The notes beneath the pieces were generated by a model. It saw only the letters and a program-made list of their open reading frames with translations. It was not told where the DNA came from and made no database searches. A program made the translations under genes and the position numbers. Shown here piece after piece: positions 37,831 through 52,737 of a stretch of DNA of 64,000 nt (positions within the stretch are counted from its first letter, which is position 1; each line of letters opens with the position of its first letter). The DNA is from Phoronis australis (taxonomy: Eukaryota; Animalia; Phoronida): assembly GCA_002633005.1 (NCBI GenBank), contig NMRA01000355.1, forward strand, positions 394,310-458,309, given 5' to 3'.

Positions 37831-40800
37831 CTAAGAAATGTATGGATCCAGAGCGCGTCTGTACACTGTACACTGGTAATTGGCCCTCATGCGATGGAAA
37901 GTCAAGCAGTCCTTGTTTGGAGGCAAGCTCGATTCTGCCGCATGCTTCATTCGAAATATGTTGTAGCGGGCGGTGTTAACTGATTTGTCAGTTACACCAT
38001 ACAATTGGCAAATGAATGGTTCAACACATTCCACAACATTTTCACCCATCTCAAATGACTGCCCAAGCTCTTCAAATACTTTTATGTATTGGGGACAGCC
38101 CGGCATAATTTTCAAAGGCTTCACCTTTCCCTTTCCCCTGAAGGCACTGACAGTGTCACAGCCGGTGAACACATGCATTCCAAGCAGGGCTTTTCATTTG
38201 CTCTGGTCAAGGTGACGTGCGATTTCACTGAGGTTGACTGTCCGTGCATTTGGACCCACTTCAGTGGATATCAGTAGGTGGCATCCGATGTCAGCAGCAT
38301 AGGCAACGCCGAGTACCATGACGTCGGTATCTGGGCTTCTGAGAACAACTTTGCTATGTGTCTGCGATTCATGTTTTGCATGCAACATCATCCTTGTGTC
38401 AGTCTCCTCGTGGTCACATTGACGTTCCTGCACTTCGTCCACTTTGTTGGTGTCATGATGCCTGTGGATTACGTGGCACTCACTTCCATGGGATACAAAC
38501 AGCTTTACATTGGCAATGCAAGTAGCCGACTGCCACTGCTCAAACAAAAACTCGAGAAGAATTTCCTTGTTATTGCCATTTGATAAGAACTTCTTGTATT
38601 GCTTCGGCATTTTCTGGTCTGGGCGAGTAATGCGCATTGTATACGCACCTGCTACACATCTCCTATTACGTTCACGGTTTTTAATGCTGACATCTTGGTA
38701 CCTATCTACCACAAAGTCTACCCGTTTGCTGTTGTGCAGTGAAGCGACAGACATCAACCGCTGTAGACATTCGTGAACAAAAGAACCAAAAGTATCAGCA
38801 GATACTTGCATGCTGTGCAGAAATGCCATTCCATCAACGATCAATGCACTCTCAACTGTAGGTACCTCATCACAATCACTGCTCAGTTCCTCAATAGCGT
38901 GCATCAGTTTGGCTTTGTCAGTTTTAACATTGTAGCCCTCGTAAGTAGCAATAGAGCTATGTACTGCACTCAGACTGTAAGACAGAAGTTCCTTGACATC
39001 TACATCCCGGGTCTTTCCCACTATCAATAACCGCCCAAACAACTCGGAGCTTGTTTTCAGAGACATAGTCTCCGATTTTTGCTTTGTCACTGTTTTACGC
39101 GTGTGGTTTTCTGCAACAGTTTTCAGCTTCATTTGTTTGATTGGCTTGTGAAAATCAACATCTGCACCATTTAACAGTCTCTCGTTACAAAAAGCTTCAG
39201 CGGGAGCAGATCCCAAATCATATGCATGTTCAAGGTCAAACCTTATACTCGGTGTACCACTTGACGAGACATCTTCTGCAACAATACCTGAGGACACATT
39301 AATCAAATCATCTCCCTCATATGTAAAGGGGTCCACACAAGTGATTGTATTACAGCTTGAATAGAATCAATCGAGGCTTCATCCTTGGTGATTGCTGAAG
39401 CATCAAGGTCATTACATACTTGAGCAGATGACACTCGACCAGACATCTCTTTACATGCAACAGATATGGCAGCCCTGTCATGGTGCGATAGAATCCATCT
39501 GTTGACAGCACCTTTGAAAGTACAAAAATACATGTGATTTGTGTTTGAAGTAACTTTCTACCTTCACTGCAATTTCAAAACAACTTACTTAGCCTTACAT
39601 GTTTTTATCACAATAATACACAAACTTATACTGATGCACGGAAATATTGTGGGTAAAGGAAAGATATGGTTTTCAAAAAAGCATACTTTCAATTAGTTAT
39701 TTTTCATTTAAATCTCACAAATGTTTCCATAGTACTCCATTTAATTTCGGCAGACAGCCAATTCCTTGTAGTTAATTTAAGAAAACTTTGAAATCATATT
39801 TAAACATTGTCACACTACTGGTATTAATTTTCACCTGTTTTGAGGCACTGGTAGTTTTTACTGCCTTTTAGCAATAATCAAATACCTTTGTTTAAAGTGA
39901 ACCCAGTCATTCCACCTTTAGTTTTCGAATCTCTGTTAATGGTCTGCTCAATTAGCTGGTCAAAAGCATTGACACAGAATCCATAGTTTGTGTGTTGTTG
40001 GACGCTGAATCCCTTGTAGACAAGTTCACTGTTGATTTCAGGATGGGTCGCTGGCAGAGAGGACATCTCAGCTAGGTATACAGGCAGGTATCTTGCATAG
40101 TTAATTCGATCGTAAGCAAGGTACCAAAGCAGCATTGCATGCAATACTGCTAAATGTTGTGCCCAAATACCCTCTCGTGTGGCTCGTATGAACTGCAGCA
40201 ACAATCCCACCATGTCCAGATACGATGACCAAAAGTCAAATGTGGGACTGTTCTTTCGTTTATGCAACACATACTCTGAATAGTGACTTAGGACAGTCAA
40301 TACACAATCTTCCTCCAGCAAATCAAGGAATGCTGGTGATGCACCCACAGAGTTAAGCTGGCCTACGACTGCGAGTACCTCTTCTCGTCCCTCCTCAGTC
40401 AGAAAACTGGCAAAAGACTTCCATCTGAGCCGCTGTAAAGCCTAAAAGAAAAAAATAATAAGTTACCGCATTCTGTTAAAACGTCCTTTTGTTTAGAAGT
40501 GATTAATTTATGCCACATATTCAATGTATACAAGCAATCTAAGAGCAAGTTATCGCTGTTCAACAAAATGTTAAAACGCTTAGCTTACTGCATCTGTGAT
40601 AAAATCTATGTGCCAAATCACAAAATTTAATTCAATTAGTTGAGGCTTTCTTAATTAATGGAAATCTACAAACCTCAAACAAGAGCTTGTGTGCCAACAT
40701 GCATCTGTTATAGTTGTGGCCAGACATCACCCCATTCATGGATCCAGGTGCAACCACTTCAGCTTCAATCCAAATGTCTTCTAGTCCAGAGTACTCAAGT

Positions 40801-43800
40801 CGTTTCGCGATGATAGCCAAAAATGAAATAGCAGTGTGAAAGTCACCCAAGCGAATCACAAGTTTCTTTTGAAAGATTGGGTTTTGCCACCTGATGCGTT
40901 GAGCTTTAGCATATATGGCCTGGTCAAACACTACAACAAGGCTATCAAGCTTCAGCTCGTCGGCTATAGCAACACTTCTCAATAGAATAGTATACACTGT
41001 AGACATATCAGTGGGATTAGCATCAATAACAGGCAAATAGCCAACTTTGGACACATCAGGTATGTCAACAGATTTAATTAGTCTGTTGAACCCAGTCCAG
41101 CCACCTACTACTTCAGGTTGCTTCGACAGGCAAAATGCAGTGTCTGTCAAATTCTGGTGTGCAGTCACTGATGGAATAAAGGTAAGTGCATCACTACGGG
41201 GAGGACCACCTTTTTCTCTCCTCGAGTAGTCTTCAATCATCTTTGGGGGAAGGTGGCAGGTTCTTTTCTTCGACTTCTTTACAAAAACTCCTTGTCTTTT
41301 GGATGGAGCTATTTCCTGGTGTTTCTGCTGTAGTTGTAAAATTATTCCGGTGGTATTATGGGTTGTGCCTGCACCACTCCGGGTTTCTTCTTGAAAATCG
41401 TTATTGTCCCAAACTAATGTGGTGTGTATACCATCTAAGAAACCATTTGGCACCATTGTATTTCTATGAAGCTGAGCCTCTGCTAAAGCAGTGTCAAACT
41501 GTAACACAGTCGAATGAGAAACGCAATGGCCCAGTCCATTTAGTCTACCAATGAGTGTAGAAGATCCAGTCAAATGTCAACCTGTCATACCTAAAGCTTA
41601 GTGTTTTGGCATCGGAGTGTGCCCCGCTGAAGCCACATACATTAGTACCCTGTCGACATCTTGCCTAGTGCTAACAAACCCGTCTCCCGTCACTAGAACC
41701 GATGACCCACGCAAGAAAATTGTACAAGTGCGAAGGAATGTATTCCTTGACCGAGTCAGACTGAAAGTCTTTGGCAGCGGGTGGCCTAACTGTAACACCT
41801 TCACAATCTTTTACATAATTTCTTAAAATAAGTGCAGATCTGTACAACTCACGCCGGATGTCTGGAGATGAGTCCACAACTTTGAGGTCGTGCACACTTT
41901 CATCACCACTGCTGCTACCCTCGGATTCATAATAATCGGCAAGTGAATCATTAAACGCTAGCACCAGTTCACTTTCATACCTCTTACAAGGTCGTACAAA
42001 CTGCAGCTGTGGGTACAGTTTCAACAGACTTTTTTTAAGATTTCCTGTCCAAATACTTCCACGCACGCCAGCTTTCTCAAGCATAACTTCAAATTCTCGC
42101 TTAAGTTTGGTAAGGCGGATGACTTCCCCATGTTTCAGAAGCTTCATTTCAATAAATTCCACACAAAACTGTTTGAAAACTTCACAGAAAAGTGGGTATT
42201 ATCCACTTGTTTGGTCTTTCACGATCTTTGTCAGGGGTCTCGTTAACTTTTTGTAGCAGGATCTATGATTTAGCTTCCAAAGCCACAAGGTCTTTATCTT
42301 TAAACTTAAAGTGCAGATTCATGTCCCCGGACTGCGCTGCTGCTTGTGATGCAAGTCCACCTGAAAGAACGTGAACTATTAACACTAATTTAACATTAAA
42401 AGTATTTGCATGCTCCTAACTATGTTAATGTATAGCAGGAACTTTACGACAATGCTATTTGAACATCGTCTACACTAATCGAAGTGCAGTTTTATTCGTT
42501 GACAACTTGTAGATGTGAAAACAAATAGGTGGCCTTTGCACTAATGACATACCTTGCGGCTCGCATAGCCTACATCATGCGTCACGATATTTACTGGACA
42601 CCGTTGAGTGATTTACAGTAGATCATTTTTGACACAAAACTCATTCTTAAAAATATTTTGCAATTTTCAGCGTAATTTGTATTCACATCATCCCGATATG
42701 TGGTGTTTTGATCTAAATTTACCAAGTAATCACAGAGATAAGGAATTAGAATGTAAGTTCTACTTAAATATTGTGTTGATATGCAAATGTTTCAGATGGG
42801 CTGACTAAGCCTTGATCAACCACCAGCCTAACATGTTTGCACACCGTCTGATCTGTCGCCTAAAAATGTTCATTTCAACAATTAAACTTTTCCAAAATGG
42901 GCACGAGTTTCCCAGATTAAAGAAGCGACCTTCATAATTAATTGCCAAATCCAGTTAGCATTTTGAACATGCAATGGTCAATACTTGTAATATAGGGAAA
43001 TCTAAAACACAAACCTGGTGATAATAGTGAACACACTAGGAGAACACAAAAATTAAACGTACTTCACAAAATTACATACTGTTATATACTCAAAGCTAGA
43101 AAGGTGTTCTTTCCTTCTCTTTCTAGAAATGCTGTCTACAACATATTTTTCTTGTTGACAAATAATACACTCAGGTGCCAGAATGTATGAACTTCTGGTG
43201 GTTGTTTTTTGTAGTTCCGATTTGGAAAGTCTCATGGATTTCCTTGGTTTTTCAGGGGTGACGTCTGTGACACTTATCTTCTTCATTTTTAGCACAACTG
43301 TTGGTTTCCGGAAACTTCGCTGTGCGTTTCTGTGCCTGTTCAATTTTTGTCCTGTCTGTTATCCTTCTATAGCAAGACATATGATATTTCAATGGAGTAA
43401 ATCCCCTGTTTTCTTGCATAAATTTCTGACACACTTCCTTTTCTTTGCAGTCTAAATTGGTCCATTGAGCTGCACATTCTTTGAACTTTCCCCAAGATGC
43501 TTTTGTAAACTTATTCAGCTTTTGATCTTCACAATTTATTGTCATTTCACAAACGTGAATAATACAGGCATCTCCCTCCATGGGAGCTGCCATATTGAAG
43601 TCATTCAACACAACAACACAATCTGGCTCTGTGATTGGTCAAATTGAACGAGAAGCTCTACCTGGTGGCAAAAATGTGTATAATATTTCTTGCAACAAAA
43701 ACGCCTTTTTTAAGAAAATGTGCAACTGTAGACGTGGGAACTTTTTGGAATTTGATTTATAGGTATATTATCTAGCCACGTAGAAAAAACCAGGTTGCCC

Positions 43801-43853
43801 CCCCACCCAAAGTACTCACAAGGATGAACGCTATGAGATCTGGCCCACCGATT
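37831..43853 (-). mobile_element. Academ-superfamily DNA transposon (transposase plus XPG/FEN-like nuclease region), intron-containing, decayed
   Basis: Motifs in order from 43593 downward: CIIH, YHMSCYRRIT, DLVALEAK, WDNNDFQEETRSGAGTTHNTTGI, VFDQAIYAKA, IRLGDFH, HNYNRCMLAH, YDRINYARYLPVYLAEM, DQLIEQTINRDSKTKGG, DGMAFL, HEETDTRMMLHA, SPDTDVMVL, HVFTGCDTVSAFRGKGK. Introns near 42361-43079, 40443-40672 and 39512-39884; several frameshifts and stops; 3' end truncated. The 43853 boundary is only a candidate terminus. Confidence 0.8.
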
Positions 43854-44289
43854 AATTGGCTAATCACGGACTTGTAAACTGGTTTTTAAGCATTTTTATC
43901 TTTCGCTGTAATATTTTCAACATGTTTTATTCCATGAGAAATCATTAGTAAAAGTGACTTCAAGGTATTTTGATTCCAGCACTTGTTAAGTTAACGTTCC
44001 TAGAGAAAATAGTTAGACTCACATTTCTTGTGCCCCGTAAAAATTCTGAGCGTACTATACTTATTGAGGTGGAATGCCGTTAACCAGGACACTAGCGCCT
44101 CTAGTGCCCTGCGCAGCCATGTACATGTATGTGATGATGTCATCACCAAACAGTCTGGTTTTGGAACTATCTGCAATGTCAGTTATACAGAAAAGAAATA
44201 ATGACTTGAGGTAAATGTACACCTAAAAGCATGCTTATCTTATCAAAGGTCTTACCTTCTTTATTATTACTATTGTGCCTTACAATACT

Positions 44290-45100
44290 GTAGCAATTGT
44301 CCGACAATTAATCAATAACAACATGGAAAATTATTCACCTCAAATACAACGCGTGACCTTGCAGGGGCAGTTTTGGGTTGTAAAGTTGATAACTTGGGAG
44401 ACGCTTTCCTTAAAAAAATATCCGAAGGAACATACTATCTGTTCTGGAAGGATGAAGTTTTAAGCGATGTTGTGCTCCTATTTCAAATGTGTGATAAAAA
44501 TGAAACTATTATTTACGCTCCCCATGTCATAAATAATGTAAATTTTAGTGAACCTGATACAAGGTGGAGAAAAGTACATAAACTCGCCCTCAATTAATGC
44601 AAAAGATGCAAAATTGCGTTGGTTTCAATACCGCTTAATTCACAGAATATTGCCAACCAATAATTATTTGCATAAAATGAAAATAAAAACTAATGATTTG
44701 TGCTCTTTCTGTGTGGTGAACACAGTGAAACTTTTCTCCATCTGTTTTGGGAATGTCGTCTTGTTTCCGGTTTCTGTCTCCTGTTTGCTGAGTGGTTAAA
44801 ACAAACATATGTAAATTTTCATGTGGACAGGATACATGTAGCAGTGTTTTTTGTTTTTTATTAACCATTGAGTCGGAAAATTATAACATTAATCTGTTGA
44901 TTATGCTAGCAAAAATACATATTTTAGTTTGTTAAAAAAAATCTTAATTTCCAATTGTTCATTAACTTTATTAAATTTTATCCTGATGGAAATACGGTAC
45001 CTGTTGACTTATGATTTAATATTATTCTTTGTAAATGATGTCTACTGTATTGTTTTATGTGAAAGGTAATTATCATGCTAGAGCAAAATAAAAATACAAA
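44290..45100 (+). mobile_element. L1/Tx1-clade LINE 3' fragment (zf-RVT region)
   Basis: LFWKDEVL and KLRWFQYRLIHRILPTNNYLHKMKIKTNDLCSFC..(ETFLHLFWEC, frameshifted), then an A-rich end near 45085-45105. Confidence 0.8.
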
Positions 45101-48100
45101 AATAACAACATGGAAGAGCGCGGAAGAATCTGTAAGACATATCACTCAAATGTACACCATTTCCCGTCTGACCAGGTGTCGGCCAGTTGCCTTTGCAGAA
45201 TATTGCACACTAATCGCGTATCAAAAGAGAATTTCTTCAAAAAACTGTTTTCAGCTTCCAGGTCTGTAAAAAAGTGCGTTTTAATTCTGAAGACCAGTTT
45301 TTTATTGTTCCAACCTAGAATCCCAAAGAAAGAATCACCTTAGTAACTCTGGTATCGTCCCTAATCTTACCGATATACAACCAGCACTGACATCTACTAC
45401 TCGGGAAAAGTTTTGAATCAGGTTTTAGTTTGACCTCTCATATCGTGCGTATTGAGTGTGTTTAATAAAAACGACTTTATCAAATGCTTTGAAGAAATCG
45501 TGATGAGGATTTACTTATAAGTCTGGACACCACATTGCAGGTTTTTTGCAATGTCGTGGGTAAGATGTACCAATCGTGTTTCACAAGGACTATTAGACCT
45601 TAACCATATGTTGGTTGTTAACGATGATATGGTCCATGAGTTAGCTGACAAACGGTGTGAGGGAGATTGGTCAATAGTTGCCATCAGCAGTTATAATGTG
45701 CGGATTTGACTATGTGAGTATTGCCTAGGACGTCGAAACCAGATATAAATACAACCAATTTTGGTACGGAATATGCACATCCGTAAATATATCTACATTA
45801 ATCTTAAAAGGGTATGTGCTTAGTAAGCCAGCATAGTGTGTATTGTCTTGTTGATATGTTTTCAGAGTTACCTCACTTTATATTAATGAATTGATTTGCG
45901 CAAGCATTGTCCACTATTAGGAATCAACGACTTTTTAAAAACAAACCAGGGCGGTTTTCTCCTTCCTTGAAGCAAAACGCCCAACAATGTGAAGCATAGT
46001 TCCCAAGGACTGACGCTTTACCCAGCGGTCGCAGATTATTAACAAAAATGTTAAGTTTTTTCAATTTTCAATAGACGCATTGATATATACCCCCTGAAAC
46101 GATATAACAGGAAGGATCATGTGTACATGAGAGTAATTAGAAAATAGCGTAGCACCCCTAATTCGTTACAGCTATAGCTAGACGTAACTAAAAATTTCAC
46201 TGAGTCGCTCAGATTTTTGTTTCCTTTTGGAAAACAGAAAATATCAAGAACGTGACGCAAACAGCAGAGTTAGAATGAATGGTTCGTGCGTCAGAAGTAA
46301 GTAGTCTGATAACACTTTCATCAACCTATATAAGCTAAGAGGTCGATGTTTTTAATTCAATTTCTATCTTTGGCGCAGTTAATTTATGTATTCTTCAAGA
46401 AGACTCGTCGAAAATGTTATTACACCTTAGGAATTTCCGTTTGGAAGCGACTAAGATAGTTTGCAAAATTCCTAAAATCCTTTCGATTCAGATTAGATTG
46501 TGTTCAGATTAGATGTGGAGGTGCAAGTGGACTTGACTATAGTTCTTCGGGAACATTTTTCGCACTAAAACCTTTCGTCTCGACTCTTCAAACTAAAGCC
46601 CATACAGCGTCATCTTCGAATACCATTGTTTAGTTCATGTTTATGGCCTACTAGCAGGTGTGATAGCGTAACTTTTGAAAATTAAAGTACTTGTGAATTT
46701 ATTGGGTAGCTAACCCATGTGTGTTTTTGTGTTTGAGTGTGCGCGATAATTCTCCAAAATCCACTCGGGCTCTAGATAACGGGGGATAACGATTTCACCA
46801 TGTAATAATCTATATTTGTTAGGCTGTGAAAAATATTACGTTCAATTTCCATCTATGAAAACGACGTTCTTAATCCAGTAAAATTTATCTGTCACCTTCT
46901 CTCACTTGTCATCGATTTCCTGTTTAAACGGTGGTAACATGTCGTCGGGAATCTTTGACTTAGACATTATGTTTAGTAAATAGTGGTAACCTACTTTAGC
47001 AGACGAAATTTTCACGGTGGAAGTTTGGCATGATAAGATGTGTAGTAATCTAGCGTATTTGCTTAAAATTTATTTGATAGATGGACTTGATTTCTATGTT
47101 ATCGTTCAGTGTGTAATATAAATAGATCACTCCACTTTGGCGATATTTCTCCAATATTCACGAGGGCCCTATTTTACGAGAAATAACAACTTTGTCGTGT
47201 AATAATATTTATGCATTTTCGCACGGGACGTAATCCTCTATTCCTGTTCGTCTGAAAAGGAAAGACAGGGCGTTTCATGTGTTTTTGTGGCATCCGCAAT
47301 TTCCCCATTCGACTAAAAAAGCGTCGTCGGTCGCTTTTTGTGTGTTGCGGCGTTCATTTCACCTTTGGGTTTTGACATTTATGTAGACCCAGATGTCCCA
47401 CTTTTTATCCGGATGTTCCGATTTTTAATTAGTTATCCAGCTTTTAGATTCTCGAATATTGACAACTATTCAGCAGGTGTTCAAAGAACATTGTGTCTTT
47501 GTTAGGAATATTGTCCACTTTCTTTAGTAACATTACAATCGTAAAAATCTGTTCCAATGTTTTTCGTACACGGTAACACACACTGAATGTAACAGGATCA
47601 CGTGAGTTTCTTCTGAAATGCTATGTAAATTTGTACACTGCAACCAATGTGATGAGCTTTTCATAGTTCGTGTTAAAGCTACAAAATAAATATTTTCCCA
47701 TTTATATCTAATCTGCAAATTTTGATTGGTAGTTGGAATAATTTGTTCATCAAGGTTTCTGTAAATGTCACTGAGTCCAGGCTTTTTACTGGAAATGCAA
47801 TTATATCAAAAGACACCAAAATCCTATTAATATTTAAAGATGCATATTTTTTATGAATGCCCGCCTAAATTCTTCTCGGCAACTGTGAGACATCCATATT
47901 CTAAAATCTTTGCCTCGATAGGGTTGCAATGTTTTGAAACATTAAAACTGTTTCTCTTATAATTCAATTAGTCATTTATGTAACCACCCTTGTCCACTTT
48001 CTGTTTATTTTTATTACACCCGAAACTAATTGTCATCATACTTAATTAGTTGACATATTAAATGAGTAATGTGCTAATTATTACTTGAACGGTTTCCTTG

Positions 48101-48419
48101 TTGCACTCTTTTTTTGATTTTGGTAACACTCTTCGTTTTCAGAATTAAAAAAAATTAAACCTGTCAGATATCTAAAAAGATATTCAAACTTGATTAAAAA
48201 CACGACTGTACTTTTTGTTAGACGGCTTGATGTCCACGCGCTCATATTAACTGTAAAATTTCCGATTTTCCGACAAACAAGCTTTAGTATTTCAAATCAC
48301 CACTTTTATATCAAATACAACTAGACATAGCATCAGCAGTGGATCAAGTGTTAGATTTGCACATCAGCAAATAATATCTGATGGTACGTTAATTAGCTGA
48401 CTTCAAACTTACGGGCATT

Positions 48420-48830
48420 CATTGCTCGATACATATGCGCTCAAATTGGAGGTGTCATCAACAATTAGATCAAATTTACTCATACAAGTGTTTTTCCATG
48501 ATGACGTCAACATTGAACATGTTTGTCCGGCGAACTACTACTTTAACATTGTCTTCCAGACGCTTCGGGGCTTCATGGAGTTTTCGGGGGCACTCGATGT
48601 CAATGTTTTATTATGGTGCTTTCGCATCGCAGTAGGCCTTTACTGTTGGGACTAGCGTTAATACCGCTGATTCCAGGCGTTTAAAATTTCTGGACAAGTT
48701 TTCTAGCGTTTGCAGTAAGGGTCAAGTGTAGGTTTGGGCCAAGGCTGAGCAAGTAATTTTCGTCATCCGAAAGTTTGTGTGACGACGTGTTGACAAAAGG
48801 GGATATCGCCATGAAGAAGAGCAAATGGAG
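48420..48830 (-). mobile_element. Decayed Penelope-like fragment (unit B copy)
   Basis: Paralog of 26230-26660 with small deletions. Confidence 0.5.
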
Positions 48831-51800
48831 CAACCGTAGAAATAGTATGAAAAAATTGTCTCAAAAAATTTTCGGCCGATATGTTCTGATTCTGAATAGG
48901 AAATGCTAATGTCCTTTTTCTCGGTTTCACAATTAATTGCAATGTATCCTCTGCACCAATCGAATCACTTAACGAGGACGGTTTCTGACAGGAAGAATGT
49001 CTCCTCATAGATAAGCCAGTCGTAACCAAATCCCTTTAATATTTTTGTATTCTGTTGAATGTAGAGCTGTTGACCTTTGACCTCCTGAGGAGTTCTTCAT
49101 AATCAGACTAAAACCCTCCTTGCTCGTCAATGCAATTTAATCCTATTATAACAAGTACTAACAGTGTTTACTCATCCATGAGATGACATTTCACTCCCCA
49201 ACATCGCTTCAAAATTTGATATTTGAAATCCATAAGTTTCTGGTCATCAACCATCGAAACAGTTTGGCAGTATTTCGGTATCTCAAATGCGTTCAGTTAC
49301 AATAGATTTAATAGAAAAAGCAAAACTTTGTTCGCTTACAGGGTAACAGATAATTCGGCCTGAATGCTGTGTTATCACCATAATTTGTACTAACAAGATT
49401 TCTTATATAGTAGCTTAAAAAAAGCACCACTCACTCGATTTAGTAAAAATCAGAGACCAGAAACAACTATACTCGTTAGCCTAACAGCAAGAACACTTAA
49501 AAAATTCATAACACAACGTCATATTTATTTATGTGTGTACGTACGTATGAATGTATGTATAAGTAGAGTTTCAGAAACGGTTTTGGCTCCAAATCGGACC
49601 TTTGTTTTTTCTAACAGGAACTGGAACTGTCGGGCGTATGCAGTGAAAGTTAAATTTCCTTCCTCCACTGTAACCACTAACCACTAACTTGGAGGCAACA
49701 CACGTTTAACCAATTGTATCATTTTCTCCTTGAAATCCAGAACGATTGGACATGTTCATGGCATTCTGCTTTCACTGCACTAAAACTCAGAGCGAAGATT
49801 CGTCTCAGCTGTCTCCAAAGCGAAATGTTGCACGTTATTGTCAAACGTACATGGTTTGAAACTACTGATATATAATCTTTGTGCATTGGAAATATAGATC
49901 ACATGCCGCATTGCTGTCATCTTTAGTTTGTTGATATGTCGTTCAAGCTGACTCTGCAATAGGCAAATTGACATCTGTTGGGCAATTATTGATTCAAAGA
50001 ATGTTAACTTGTTGAAAAAATGCAGATTTATCTGATATTGTCCACATTTGAAAGCTTACGAAGCCTTTCTTTGCTTGAGTTTTGTAAAGGGACGAGTTGA
50101 CGCATACCTAATATTTACTTTAGTGCGATATTAGTTCTAGCTAACTGAGAAATTAGCCAATGAGTGAGTGGGCTTGAGGTTGGTTTTCTTTGTTCGATTA
50201 AGACGTACATGTATTATGATTACATAGAACGAGAGATGCGATTGAGACCATTGCTAAGATACCAGTGCCTATCAACATAGTTACGGGATAGCCTAAGTAC
50301 TTCAATTTATTCTAAAACAAGGAAAACGCGCCAAAAACGATGCAAAAGCTATATTATACAATATTAAGTAATTTGCATGATAACTTTTTAACCAATGAGC
50401 ATGCTTGAGACGAACAAAAATGGCACTTTTTTCTCATTACATTGCAAATCATGATGCTTCAAACCTTTCTTTCCCTTGTTTACATGGTTTTGGGCAGGTT
50501 TCCAACAAATACGAAACAATGGCTGAATGACGTGGGCGGACGCTTTCTTTTGTTTGTGGGCACAGGTCTCAAACTGAGTCGTGCAAAAGACCAGAACCAG
50601 TTTTTCTTTTAGTGAGCTCGTGATTATAGTTCGTACTTACCGACATCACAACTTGGAGTTTTGTTCATGTTACTCGTGTGGCCATGATGTAACTTAGCAA
50701 CTCTTAGTGTCAAAAATGCAAAGCAAGGGAAAGTTCACAGGAGTAAACAAATGCTTGATCCATTTTTCGTGGGCAGCGTGCCAAATTCACTCTGGTAATC
50801 CGGCACTTCAAAACTAAGCAATTGTTGGAGGGTCGGTTTTCTACTTATGACACGATGTCTCGAAACTGTGGTGAAACTCTGAAATTTTGGGCACCGATAC
50901 TCAGGCAGAAATTGAATTTTCTTCATTCTTAATGTTGGGACATGGGCGATTTTGTCTTTCAACTTATTTCTCTGATTTTGAACACATTTTGTATCAACAT
51001 AGTCTGAAAATAGGCTTGGCAGTTAATGGGGTCGCTAAAAATATCTGCCGGCGGACGCTGCGTTTCCATAGCTTGTAACATCTAGCTGAAAGATGGTTTG
51101 TTTACTGGCAAAAGTATATCGAAATGAATTTTGAATGTTAAGGGATTGCTGGTGAATATTGGAAATGTCTACCCTAATTTGTCTAAAATCTTTGTCCCAG
51201 TTTTTTTCAAAATGGACCTTAGTGAAGTTTGTGCAAAATAAGTTTCAGTGGCACAATCTGGTGTACGTTCCATCGAAGTGGGATATTCTAGATGCCACTT
51301 TGTCAGTTCTGTGTACTCTCGCTTGCACAATTGTTCCTTCACATGCACAAGAGTGGGGTCACCTGCACATGGGTTATATTGCCTGCACATGTGTTGTCTC
51401 GCAGCACGAAGAGTTAAGTCGGAGATGTCTTGCAAAAAGTGTTGATTTGGCAAACTGTCGTAGTAGCAGACATTTTACAAAGCAATCATCGGATGTTCAG
51501 TTCACAATCTTGAAACTGAAAATGGCAGGAGAAATGGTGTTCCGGAAATGAAGCAATTTGTAATAAATCTGAGCACGAGACAGAAGCTGAATTTCATGTT
51601 TCGTTGTCCAGTCCTGGCAAGTTTAAGAACTACGTTTATATCACGTTGCGACGTTAGAAACAACGATCTCAGGTCTCTGTTTAAACTCGTTGACAGTCAC
51701 CAATAAAAAGGCATTTCAAAGTACATACAAATGGCAATGGTCATCAGAAGAAAAAATTCGAGCTTTTAAACGCTGTACGTGTGTATCAAAGTTAGCTTAT

Positions 51801-52593
51801 ATTAGTTACAGGCAACTGTGACCGGTGGCTTCTTATACTCAATTAAGTTAAAACACCTGTTACGTCCCTGTAAGCCAAAGTCAGTTATATGTTCAGAATG
51901 ATTCATTGATGGAATTCTCAGTTGGATGTCCAGTGTCAGACTACCTTTAGATACAGGACAAGCACCAGGACACTTTACATACTAATTTGCTTAACAAAAA
52001 TGACACTCCCAAGAGCTCTGAACAAGTCAGTACATTCATAGGCAGATTTAGGGGTGGTGCGCAAGCAAAATGAAAGAGCAACAGCGCGAAGCGTGAGCAA
52101 ATATCTTTGAGCCCAGAAACTAGGACTGGTATAGGGGAGGGTGGACTCAGATCCCAGATTATGTCGGGGCGGAAACGTGCTCCCGTTTTTTTTTTAGTCC
52201 ACTATAGATTTTGTGAACGGAAGATTCATCCACGGCCCCCGCAATTTTGGGGCCGCCTGTATGTACAATCGCCCGATTTCCCCGAGGCAACATGTTGCCT
52301 TCCCCCCCATATGGTATCCTAGATCCGCTACTGACAGTACCATGTAATTCATAAAGTTTAAAAATGACAGTCACAATAGTAACACAATAATAATCACAAC
52401 ACAGCGTAACTGATTAAACAAGAAGCACATGATACTTTGGCAATGAATTGCTTTTCCTCAATTCCGGACCTGACTCTGTAGTGCTTAGGATGACTTTACA
52501 TGGGGGTCACATCACAGTCATATTGTCAGGCAATAAAATTCTCTGCAAGTCATGGACAGCTGAGAACCCACTAACCCATTCGCCTGTTTCCAG

Positions 52594-52737
52594 AGCTCAT
52601 TCCCACAAGCTGCTTTAGTATGGAGTGCGCCCCAAGCGAGCTGTGTTGCCGTAATGGAAAGACACTTGACGACAACAGTTCTGCGACACCTCAGGCTAGT
52701 GTGCTTGGATCAACATGTGATGAAAACGTTGAAAAAG
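52594..52737 (+). other. Candidate upstream coding exon, unit B (MECAPSELCCRNGKTLDDNSS...NVEK)
   Basis: Acceptor cctgtttccag at 52593; ATG at 52620; 39 codons plus 1 nt; strong donor AAG/GTAATT at 52737/52738. Confidence 0.45.

Noticed and set aside
50263-51700. Possible Sola-like transposase remnant unique to unit B
   Set aside because: Only faint motif resemblance on the minus strand and no matching second terminus found; family not supportable by eye.
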